Positions 31,026 to 39,761 of a stretch of 58,607 nucleotides of DNA are shown piece after piece (position 1 is the stretch's first letter; each line of letters starts with the position of its first letter). The translations under genes were made by a program, and so were the position numbers. The notes beneath the pieces were generated by a model that was given only the letters and a program-made list of their open reading frames with translations, searched no databases and was not told where the DNA came from. Origin of the DNA: Patescibacteria group bacterium (lineage in GTDB: Bacteria; Patescibacteriota; Patescibacteriia; Patescibacteriales; UBA12465); NCBI GenBank assembly GCA_050943055.1, contig JBMNOL010000005.1:1-58607 (forward strand), read 5' to 3'.

Positions 31026-33295
31026 AATACTCCACTCACATGCTTGCTTTAATTCGTCGTTTTAAGCGACCGCTAATTATCTCCAGCCTTCTCTTATTTG
31101 TGGCTGTTATTATTAGCCTCACGCCGCCGGGACGAGCGGCTGAATCTGACGCTATCGCCGTCCGGGTGTTGCCTAATTTGGAACACGACAGCATTGAAGT
31201 TTGGTATAAAAAGCAAGGGTATCAAGGTTCGCCGCAAAGTTTGACGGTTGACGGTTATGAGGCGATTCGTGATGGGCGCACCGTGTTTGTTAACGCTGCC
31301 AATGTTGATGGGAATAAAAAAATCTATACTAACGTCTACCTGATTTCCTATAACCAGGAGTCGCAAGATCAGACTCAAGATATTTTAGGACAATTAATTT
31401 CTCACTGGAAATTTAACAGCAACATCCCCCAAAAAGGGACTTGCTCAATTGCTTCTTTAACTTGTTCAAAGCCTGATGATTGTCCGAATGGTTTTATTTG
31501 TGCTAATGACCCTAACCAAGCCAATTATGGTAAGTGTGTTTTAAGCCAACCAATTGAATGCCTGATTGATAGCGACTGCCCGTTAAATTCTCATTGTAAT
31601 AGTTTAAAGGCTGGTCTAATTCGGGATATTAATCGTTTAGGGAAGTTAAGTCAGATTGAAGAAAAATTAGAAGCTTATAAAAAAGTTGAGGGTTCTTATC
31701 CCGATTTGAGTGAAGGTTCATATCTGCCGGGGGTGACTATTTCGGTATGGCCGAGTTGGACCGATAATTTTCGGGAGCTTTTAGGTTTGAACACTTTAGT
31801 GGTGGATCCGGTCAATTCTTTAGGTAGCTGCCCCGGATTTGAACCCGGAACTTGTTGGAATCCTCAAACAAAAAGATTTTTTGATTCTCAGTTAACGCTT
31901 CCGAGTGGTAGTTACGCCATGATTTATCGAGCCCTGCCGGGAGGTGTTTCCTATAACCTCTGTGCTACTTTTGAAACTCCGGCCTTAGGTTATGATACTG
32001 CTAATGCTCTTTTAACTTCTCGAAATTGCGCGAGTAAAGGCGGTTATCAAGGTGGCGTTATCAACCAACCCCCGTCCTTGATTAGTTCATTTTTAAAAGG
32101 AGAAGCAAATAAAGAATTTAATGGTTATCTTAAAGTTGGCGACCCAGAAGGTGATATTGTTTCTTGGCGCTTAGCTCCGGCTGGCAACTTTTCTTCTTGG
32201 AGCGCCATTCCGATTTTAGAAGCAACCGGCGATCCTTCTCAAAAAAAAGTTTATGCCTCTTCGGCTGGGAACCAGGGTACCTACCCCATGATTCTTACCC
32301 TTACTGACGGCCGCGGTGCTATAAGTACAACGCCGATAAATTTAGAAATTTTTGATATTTTAAAAATAGCGATTGAGGCTGAAGGTATCAGTTATAATTC
32401 TTTTCAAAGCGGATCTTTGCGCTACAATTTCTTTATTAACAGCAGTGACCCTCGAGTTAATTTTCAACTAAGCTCGCCCAACGCTACTTTAAATACCGGT
32501 TTAACTCAAGCGGTCGCGGGGGCAAAAATTACTAATGTCACTTCTAACCGCAAACAAATTTCTTTAGAGATTCCTCTTGCTCAGTATTTAAGCGGCCAAT
32601 ATGAGGTGAGAATTTCCGCTAGTGATAGCTCTGGCGCTGACGCCAAAACGGTAACTTTTGATTTTATCCGCGATCCGCTCACTTTTAATTTCTCTTGTGA
32701 TAATCAGGCTCGTTTGGGCAAAGGGTATCAAATTGGTGGCACTTCTTGTCTGCTCGGGCCCTTAAGCCAAGGAGTACGCACTATCAATTATCAAGTTGCT
32801 AACAATCCTTTTGGCTTTGTTGTTAGAAATTCTGGAGGCAATGCTTTCCTGGAAGCCTATCGAGTAACCAGTGGCAATGTTTCTAATCCCAATGCTCCTA
32901 CCACCACCCTTCTCACTCTTAGGGCCAGTGATAATTTTGGTGAGTCGACAGAAAAAAAATTAGCCTTACGCATTAATACTTATTGCGGTGATGGTATTAA
33001 GCAGCAACCAAATACCGAGGCCGCCGGCGGACCGCAAAATAATGGTATTGAACAGTGTGACGGTTTAGACGGCTTAGCTCCTCAAGGGCAAATTAGTAAT
33101 TCCTCTAATCAACAATATGCTTGTACTACTCCTCTCGGAGTAAATACTCCTTTCCCGATTAATAGTAATGAGCATTGCGCTTTTAAAGCTCCGCAAGATG
33201 GAGGTGGGTACTGTGGTGACGGTTTTTGCCAAGTATCGAGTGGGGGAATTTTAAGAGAAAATTGTAGTAATTGTCCTAAAGATTGTGGGGCCTGT
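31026..33295 (+). repeat. Copy 1 of a 2,270-bp direct repeat (partner at 37492-39761)
   Basis: Base-by-base comparison of several stretches, including both ends, showed no difference. The ORF translations are identical over 752 aa. The repeat starts 14 nt upstream of the ATG. Confidence 0.9.
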
Positions 33296-35113
33296 GAGTG
33301 TGTGCCTCAATGCACGGGCCGAGAATGTGGCGACGATGGTTGTGGTACTAATCCCAACGCTTGCGGTACCTGTGCTTCCGGGGAAACTTGCAGTAATGGT
33401 ATTTGTAAAGCGCCAGTATGTGTCCCTAATTGTACAGGTAAAACTTGTGGTACCGACGGCTGTGGTGGCACTTGCGGCACCTGTGCGACTGATGAAACTT
33501 GTAATGCTGGACTTTGTGAAAAAAATAAATGTATTCCTAATTGTACAGGTAAAACTTGTGGTACCGACGGCTGTGGTGGCACTTGCGGTACCTGTGCTTC
33601 CGGGGAAACTTGCAGTAATGGTATTTGTAAAGCGCCAGTATGTGTCCCTAATTGTACAGGTAAAACTTGTGGTACCGACGGCTGTGGTGGCACTTGCGGC
33701 ACCTGCGCCACTGATGAAACTTGTAATGCTGGACTTTGTGAAGAAAATAAATGCGTCCCTAATTGTTTAGGTAAAACTTGTGGTACCGACGGCTGTGGTG
33801 GCACTTGCGGCACCTGTGTCTCGGGCGAGACTTGCAACAATGGTCTTTGTGAAAAGATCGCTTGCATTCCCAACTGTAGTGGCCGAAATTGCGGTACTGA
33901 CGGCTGTGGCGGTACTTGCGGCACCTGCGCCACTGATGAAACTTGTAATGCTGGACTTTGTGAAGAAAATAAATGTATTCCTAACTGTACAGGTAAAACT
34001 TGCGGTACCGATGGCTGTGGTGGTACTTGCGGCACCTGTGTCTCGGGCGAGACCTGCAATAATGGTCTTTGTGAAAAAACTAGTTGTATTCCTAGCTGCT
34101 CTCTAAAAAATTGTGGTGATGATGGTTGCGGTAACTCTAATGGCTGTGGCACTTGCGCGGCCGGGGAAACTTGCAGTAATGGTATTTGTAAAGCGCCAGT
34201 ATGTGTCCCTAATTGTACAGGTAAAACTTGCGGTACCGACGGCTGTGGCGGCACTTGTGGAACTTGTCTCTCTTCGCAAAAATGTGAAAACAACAAATGC
34301 ATAACTACTTGTCAGCCAAGGTGTGGTATTAATGTCTGCGGCGACGACGGTTGTGGTGGTTCTTGTGGAACTTGTGCTTCTGGTGAAACTTGTATTTATG
34401 GCTTATGTTGCAAGAAGAATGCAACTATAAATGTTTGTGGCGATCGAGATACCTATGTCTATTTTAATGGGGCTTATGTAAATCAATCAGTTGAGAAATC
34501 ACCTTTAATGACTAATACTGTTAGTAATGTTAGGACCGGATATAATTATGTGCAAATTAAAGTTTACGATCATGGACCTTTTATCTGGGCAGGCAATAAC
34601 TTCGCTTTATCGGCCGGAATAACTTATACCGGTTGTCGCGGAAAAAGTGGAAATATATATTATCATTCAAACACTACTGATCTTTACAACTGGCGTTGCA
34701 CAAATAATTATAACTCTTCTTGGAATTCATATAATCCCTCTTTTGATTTTTATTCAATCCCGAAGTCGGTGTTATCTGACGCACCTCATGATACCGACAG
34801 TTGGTGTAATAAAGATTCTTTTTATGGACCCCCGTCTCACCAGATTTGGGCGGATACCAATAAAAGGCGATCAAACAGTGAGACGATTTATTGCTATCAT
34901 CGGTTTAATTTAGAAAGCATAGTTAGTAGCGGAAAAGCCAAATTGCCTACCTATTGGTGTGGCGACGGTACTTGTAATTCTGGAGAAACCTACTCTAACT
35001 GTTCGGCCGATTGCGATAAACCAACACTCCCTCCACATAAACCTCCTGTCGTTGAGCCTTGCGGGGATTGTCAACCTGGCAAGGTGTGCACTCCTTGTAA
35101 AGGTATTGAATAA
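31040..35113 (+). CDS. Secreted Cys-rich protein C (1,357 aa): shared 752-aa N-terminal part, 10 x 8-Cys modules, a beta-rich lectin-like domain and a terminal CGDGxC repeat
   Basis: Signal-peptide-like N-terminus (LLLFVAVIISLTPPGRA/AE). An Ig-like segment is present (GDPEGDIVSWRL...LTLTDGRG). The repeat array has the consensus CxPNCTGKTCGTDGCGGTCGTCxxxETCxxGxC. Confidence 0.85.
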   Translation: MLALIRRFKRPLIISSLLLFVAVIISLTPPGRAAESDAIAVRVLPNLEHDSIEVWYKKQGYQGSPQSLTVDGYEAIRDGRTVFVNAANVDGNKKIYTNVYLISYNQESQDQTQDILGQLISHWKFNSNIPQKGTCSIASLTCSKPDDCPNGFICANDPNQANYGKCVLSQPIECLIDSDCPLNSHCNSLKAGLIRDINRLGKLSQIEEKLEAYKKVEGSYPDLSEGSYLPGVTISVWPSWTDNFRELLGLNTLVVDPVNSLGSCPGFEPGTCWNPQTKRFFDSQLTLPSGSYAMIYRALPGGVSYNLCATFETPALGYDTANALLTSRNCASKGGYQGGVINQPPSLISSFLKGEANKEFNGYLKVGDPEGDIVSWRLAPAGNFSSWSAIPILEATGDPSQKKVYASSAGNQGTYPMILTLTDGRGAISTTPINLEIFDILKIAIEAEGISYNSFQSGSLRYNFFINSSDPRVNFQLSSPNATLNTGLTQAVAGAKITNVTSNRKQISLEIPLAQYLSGQYEVRISASDSSGADAKTVTFDFIRDPLTFNFSCDNQARLGKGYQIGGTSCLLGPLSQGVRTINYQVANNPFGFVVRNSGGNAFLEAYRVTSGNVSNPNAPTTTLLTLRASDNFGESTEKKLALRINTYCGDGIKQQPNTEAAGGPQNNGIEQCDGLDGLAPQGQISNSSNQQYACTTPLGVNTPFPINSNEHCAFKAPQDGGGYCGDGFCQVSSGGILRENCSNCPKDCGACECVPQCTGRECGDDGCGTNPNACGTCASGETCSNGICKAPVCVPNCTGKTCGTDGCGGTCGTCATDETCNAGLCEKNKCIPNCTGKTCGTDGCGGTCGTCASGETCSNGICKAPVCVPNCTGKTCGTDGCGGTCGTCATDETCNAGLCEENKCVPNCLGKTCGTDGCGGTCGTCVSGETCNNGLCEKIACIPNCSGRNCGTDGCGGTCGTCATDETCNAGLCEENKCIPNCTGKTCGTDGCGGTCGTCVSGETCNNGLCEKTSCIPSCSLKNCGDDGCGNSNGCGTCAAGETCSNGICKAPVCVPNCTGKTCGTDGCGGTCGTCLSSQKCENNKCITTCQPRCGINVCGDDGCGGSCGTCASGETCIYGLCCKKNATINVCGDRDTYVYFNGAYVNQSVEKSPLMTNTVSNVRTGYNYVQIKVYDHGPFIWAGNNFALSAGITYTGCRGKSGNIYYHSNTTDLYNWRCTNNYNSSWNSYNPSFDFYSIPKSVLSDAPHDTDSWCNKDSFYGPPSHQIWADTNKRRSNSETIYCYHRFNLESIVSSGKAKLPTYWCGDGTCNSGETYSNCSADCDKPTLPPHKPPVVEPCGDCQPGKVCTPCKGIE
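33299..34408 (+). repeat. In-frame tandem array of 10 modules of 36-40 aa (about 111 bp) with 8 Cys each, plus a 222-bp higher-order repeat
   Basis: A roughly 125-nt segment starting at 33361 recurs almost identically at 33583 (offset 222), and in part again at about 34145. All frames are open on both strands across the array. Confidence 0.9.
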
Positions 35114-35126
35114 TTAACTAAAATAT

Positions 35127-35384
35127 ATGCCGATAATAAAGTTAAAAAATAAAAAAACAGTTATTATTGCTTTTTTTGGTATTGTCGCTTTTGTTTTGCT
35201 TGCTGTTATTTTTGTTTTGAGCTGGCTAGAAAAAGGAAATAATGTTTCCTCATCACCTGAGGAGACTTATCAGACCAGGCCTATGAGAGAGGATGAAAAA
35301 TTAAGATATCAAATTAATCCAGAAAAAGAAGTTGAAGTCATCAAAGATAGTGAAGGAGATTTTATTTATAAAATAAATGAATAG
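35127..35384 (+). CDS. Hypothetical small single-pass membrane protein
   Basis: 85-aa ORF with one TM helix (VIIAFFGIVAFVLLAVIFVL), packed between island genes. Confidence 0.55.
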   Translation: MPIIKLKNKKTVIIAFFGIVAFVLLAVIFVLSWLEKGNNVSSSPEETYQTRPMREDEKLRYQINPEKEVEVIKDSEGDFIYKINE

Positions 35385-36240
35385 TTTTATGTTTAATGAT
35401 TTAAAACCAGTAAACCCATCAGTTAATGAAAATAATCCACCAGTGGATGATATTTTCGCTGATACCGATAAGGATGATTTACCGGCGCCAGCAGCGCCGG
35501 GAGCCAATCCCGATAATTCCGGTCAGCAATTTTCCGGATATTATGCTAATCAAACCGCGGCCCCAGAGACCAATGCGACTGAGCAAAATATTGAAGCTCA
35601 GTTAGCAGATTTAAATAATTTTTCCGGTCAGGCGAGTGGCCAAGGACCGAAAAAAAACCTTAAATTAATTGGTGGAATAGTTGCTTTTATTTTGCTAATA
35701 GTTTTGGGGTATTTAGTTTATAGCCAGTTAATTGCTAATAAACCAGAGCCAATTGTGGCGGAGCCAATTAATAATGCTTTAGAAAATGAGGAAATACCGG
35801 TAATTACTCCCAGTCTAGAAAATAATGTTGAGAGTGAGGAAGAATATTTACCCGAAGATAATGCTCCAGTAGTTAATCCGCCGGTAAGTGAGGAAGTGGA
35901 TTTTATTCCCTCAGTGCCGCTAGGGACAACTACGCCACCGGTAGCCAATATGGACAGCGATGGTGATGGGTTGTCTGATCAGCAAGAAATAATTTTAGGA
36001 ACCAATTCTTTGCGGACCGATAGCGATGATGATGGCCTGACTGATTATGAAGAGGTTAATATTTATTTAACCGACCCCTTAAACCCGGACAGCGATGGTG
36101 ATGGCCTCTCAGACTACGAAGAAATAAAAATTTACAAAACAGACCCTTTAAATTCCGATAGCGATAATGATGGCTATAGTGATAAGACGGAAATTGACAC
36201 CGGCTATAATCCTAATGGTCTAGGCAAATTATCAGAATAA
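35377..36240 (+). CDS. Membrane-anchored protein with four thrombospondin type-3-like Ca-binding repeats
   Basis: Central TM helix ([19 protein letters not shown]). The repeats are [36 protein letters not shown] and [12 protein letters not shown]. Confidence 0.75.
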   Translation: MNSFMFNDLKPVNPSVNENNPPVDDIFADTDKDDLPAPAAPGANPDNSGQQFSGYYANQTAAPETNATEQNIEAQLADLNNFSGQASGQGPKKNLKLIGGIVAFILLIVLGYLVYSQLIANKPEPIVAEPINNALENEEIPVITPSLENNVESEEEYLPEDNAPVVNPPVSEEVDFIPSVPLGTTTPPVANMDSDGDGLSDQQEIILGTNSLRTDSDDDGLTDYEEVNIYLTDPLNPDSDGDGLSDYEEIKIYKTDPLNSDSDNDGYSDKTEIDTGYNPNGLGKLSE

Positions 36241-36242
36241 TT

Positions 36243-37367
36243 ATGTTTAAAAACTCTAATAAAAAAACTAAAGAGAAGGCTGATAGCAATAAAAATAGTG
36301 AGGCCTCTGAAGATAAGATAAATAAAGAGATCAATGAAAATTTGGTTACTCATAAGATGCCGGCTTGGGAGCGTTTCTCTGGCCAGACCTATTCTTCTCA
36401 TAGTGAAAACATTGAAGCCAAGTCAGCAGTAATGGGGCAGCCTAAAAAAACTGGTGCCGTGCTAATAGCAGTTGGTATTTTAGTTTTAGTAGTCGTTCTC
36501 GGTGCGGGGTATTGGTTTATAATTAAACCAATTTTAGAAAAACCAACCTCCACTCCTAATCAAGTTGAGAATACTTATCAAGCTCCAATTGATCAAGAAT
36601 TAACTGATTATCCTGTTGAACCGACAGATACCGAAATCGCCACTACCAGCCCGATTAACGATGGGTCGGCTTCCAGCACTGAACTTGCGGCCACCTCGAC
36701 AGCCACTTCCACTGAAGAAATTATTTCCGAAGATATGCCGGTGGTAACCTCACCCTTAGTAGAATCACCAGATACCGATAATGATGGCTTAACCGATGCT
36801 GAAGAGCGAGTAGCAGGGACGGATCCGGAAAATGCCGATACCGATAATGATGGCTTAACCGATGCTGAAGAGCGAGTAGCAGGGACGGATCCGGAAAATG
36901 CCGATACCGATAATGATGGTTATTCTGATCTGCAAGAATTATTATCTGGCTATGATCCCTTAGTATCTAATGAAAAGCTGGGAATTAGCTCTGCTTTGCA
37001 GGCCAACAGTCTAGATGGTCAGGCGCGTATTTTATACCCAGTTGACTGGAGTGTGGTGGAAAGCCCTTCTACTAACACGGTGGTTTTTTCAGATAGTGAT
37101 CAAGCTTTCATTCAAGCCACTTATCATAGTAATGATAGTGCTTTAAGTGCCGGTGCCTGGTTGGCCAATGAAATGCCGGGGGCAGTCGCTAAAGAATTTA
37201 TTTCTGGTGAGGGCTGGACGGGCTTTATTCTAGATGATGGTTTAAGTGCTTATGTTTTTAGTGATGATGATAAACGAGTTTATACAATTACTTGTTTACC
37301 TCTCGCCCCCAACACCGACAGTCCGGCCGTCTTTACTTTAATGTTAAAAACCATCTTTGTTTTTTAA
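36243..37367 (+). CDS. Membrane-anchored protein with three thrombospondin type-3-like repeats and an uncharacterised C-terminal domain
   Basis: TM helix ([22 protein letters not shown]). The repeats are [12 protein letters not shown] (twice) and [12 protein letters not shown]. Confidence 0.75.
   Translation: MFKNSNKKTKEKADSNKNSEASEDKINKEINENLVTHKMPAWERFSGQTYSSHSENIEAKSAVMGQPKKTGAVLIAVGILVLVVVLGAGYWFIIKPILEKPTSTPNQVENTYQAPIDQELTDYPVEPTDTEIATTSPINDGSASSTELAATSTATSTEEIISEDMPVVTSPLVESPDTDNDGLTDAEERVAGTDPENADTDNDGLTDAEERVAGTDPENADTDNDGYSDLQELLSGYDPLVSNEKLGISSALQANSLDGQARILYPVDWSVVESPSTNTVVFSDSDQAFIQATYHSNDSALSAGAWLANEMPGAVAKEFISGEGWTGFILDDGLSAYVFSDDDKRVYTITCLPLAPNTDSPAVFTLMLKTIFVF
36771..36902 (+). 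repeat. Perfect 66-bp in-frame tandem duplication (2 units plus a 17-nt partial third)
   Basis: The unit gataccgataatgatggcttaaccgatgctgaagagcgagtagcagggacggatccggaaaatgcc occurs at 36771-36836 and again at 36837-36902. Confidence 0.9.
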
Positions 37368-37491
37368 TATTTTTTTGTTGATAGCCAAAATAGCTGATGG
37401 TTAACTTAATTAAAAATAAGTTTACTCTTAAATTACCGGTACAGTTTTTTTCTGAAAGTTGAAATATTTATCCTTTAACTTTATTCTCTTA

Positions 37492-39761
37492 AATACTCCA
37501 CTCACATGCTTGCTTTAATTCGTCGTTTTAAGCGACCGCTAATTATCTCCAGCCTTCTCTTATTTGTGGCTGTTATTATTAGCCTCACGCCGCCGGGACG
37601 AGCGGCTGAATCTGACGCTATCGCCGTCCGGGTGTTGCCTAATTTGGAACACGACAGCATTGAAGTTTGGTATAAAAAGCAAGGGTATCAAGGTTCGCCG
37701 CAAAGTTTGACGGTTGACGGTTATGAGGCGATTCGTGATGGGCGCACCGTGTTTGTTAACGCTGCCAATGTTGATGGGAATAAAAAAATCTATACTAACG
37801 TCTACCTGATTTCCTATAACCAGGAGTCGCAAGATCAGACTCAAGATATTTTAGGACAATTAATTTCTCACTGGAAATTTAACAGCAACATCCCCCAAAA
37901 AGGGACTTGCTCAATTGCTTCTTTAACTTGTTCAAAGCCTGATGATTGTCCGAATGGTTTTATTTGTGCTAATGACCCTAACCAAGCCAATTATGGTAAG
38001 TGTGTTTTAAGCCAACCAATTGAATGCCTGATTGATAGCGACTGCCCGTTAAATTCTCATTGTAATAGTTTAAAGGCTGGTCTAATTCGGGATATTAATC
38101 GTTTAGGGAAGTTAAGTCAGATTGAAGAAAAATTAGAAGCTTATAAAAAAGTTGAGGGTTCTTATCCCGATTTGAGTGAAGGTTCATATCTGCCGGGGGT
38201 GACTATTTCGGTATGGCCGAGTTGGACCGATAATTTTCGGGAGCTTTTAGGTTTGAACACTTTAGTGGTGGATCCGGTCAATTCTTTAGGTAGCTGCCCC
38301 GGATTTGAACCCGGAACTTGTTGGAATCCTCAAACAAAAAGATTTTTTGATTCTCAGTTAACGCTTCCGAGTGGTAGTTACGCCATGATTTATCGAGCCC
38401 TGCCGGGAGGTGTTTCCTATAACCTCTGTGCTACTTTTGAAACTCCGGCCTTAGGTTATGATACTGCTAATGCTCTTTTAACTTCTCGAAATTGCGCGAG
38501 TAAAGGCGGTTATCAAGGTGGCGTTATCAACCAACCCCCGTCCTTGATTAGTTCATTTTTAAAAGGAGAAGCAAATAAAGAATTTAATGGTTATCTTAAA
38601 GTTGGCGACCCAGAAGGTGATATTGTTTCTTGGCGCTTAGCTCCGGCTGGCAACTTTTCTTCTTGGAGCGCCATTCCGATTTTAGAAGCAACCGGCGATC
38701 CTTCTCAAAAAAAAGTTTATGCCTCTTCGGCTGGGAACCAGGGTACCTACCCCATGATTCTTACCCTTACTGACGGCCGCGGTGCTATAAGTACAACGCC
38801 GATAAATTTAGAAATTTTTGATATTTTAAAAATAGCGATTGAGGCTGAAGGTATCAGTTATAATTCTTTTCAAAGCGGATCTTTGCGCTACAATTTCTTT
38901 ATTAACAGCAGTGACCCTCGAGTTAATTTTCAACTAAGCTCGCCCAACGCTACTTTAAATACCGGTTTAACTCAAGCGGTCGCGGGGGCAAAAATTACTA
39001 ATGTCACTTCTAACCGCAAACAAATTTCTTTAGAGATTCCTCTTGCTCAGTATTTAAGCGGCCAATATGAGGTGAGAATTTCCGCTAGTGATAGCTCTGG
39101 CGCTGACGCCAAAACGGTAACTTTTGATTTTATCCGCGATCCGCTCACTTTTAATTTCTCTTGTGATAATCAGGCTCGTTTGGGCAAAGGGTATCAAATT
39201 GGTGGCACTTCTTGTCTGCTCGGGCCCTTAAGCCAAGGAGTACGCACTATCAATTATCAAGTTGCTAACAATCCTTTTGGCTTTGTTGTTAGAAATTCTG
39301 GAGGCAATGCTTTCCTGGAAGCCTATCGAGTAACCAGTGGCAATGTTTCTAATCCCAATGCTCCTACCACCACCCTTCTCACTCTTAGGGCCAGTGATAA
39401 TTTTGGTGAGTCGACAGAAAAAAAATTAGCCTTACGCATTAATACTTATTGCGGTGATGGTATTAAGCAGCAACCAAATACCGAGGCCGCCGGCGGACCG
39501 CAAAATAATGGTATTGAACAGTGTGACGGTTTAGACGGCTTAGCTCCTCAAGGGCAAATTAGTAATTCCTCTAATCAACAATATGCTTGTACTACTCCTC
39601 TCGGAGTAAATACTCCTTTCCCGATTAATAGTAATGAGCATTGCGCTTTTAAAGCTCCGCAAGATGGAGGTGGGTACTGTGGTGACGGTTTTTGCCAAGT
39701 ATCGAGTGGGGGAATTTTAAGAGAAAATTGTAGTAATTGTCCTAAAGATTGTGGGGCCTGT
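37492..39761 (+). repeat. Copy 2 of the 2,270-bp direct repeat (partner at 31026-33295)
   Basis: Same evidence as copy 1. The offset between copies is 6,466 bp. Flanks on both sides are unrelated between the copies. Confidence 0.9.

Noticed and set aside
33285-34304. Long alternative-frame and antisense ORFs (for example 33307-34302 minus, 331 aa; 33285-33770, 33780-34106 and 34113-34304 plus).
   Set aside because: These are shadow ORFs created by the stop-free, highly repetitive Cys/Gly/Thr codon array of protein C. Their products are low-complexity repeats (PQVPPQPSVPQ...) with no independent start context.
33299-34408. Whether the regular 111-bp repeats could be a CRISPR array.
   Set aside because: The repeats are contiguous with no unique spacers. 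They are in frame within a 1,357-aa ORF and far longer than CRISPR repeats. No cas genes are in the window.
31026-39761. Whether the 2.27-kb repeats are IS elements, or whether the bracketed 6.5 kb is a composite transposon or prophage piece.
   Set aside because: The repeats encode the N-terminal part of a surface protein, not a transposase. I saw no terminal inverted repeats, target duplications, integrase or phage genes.
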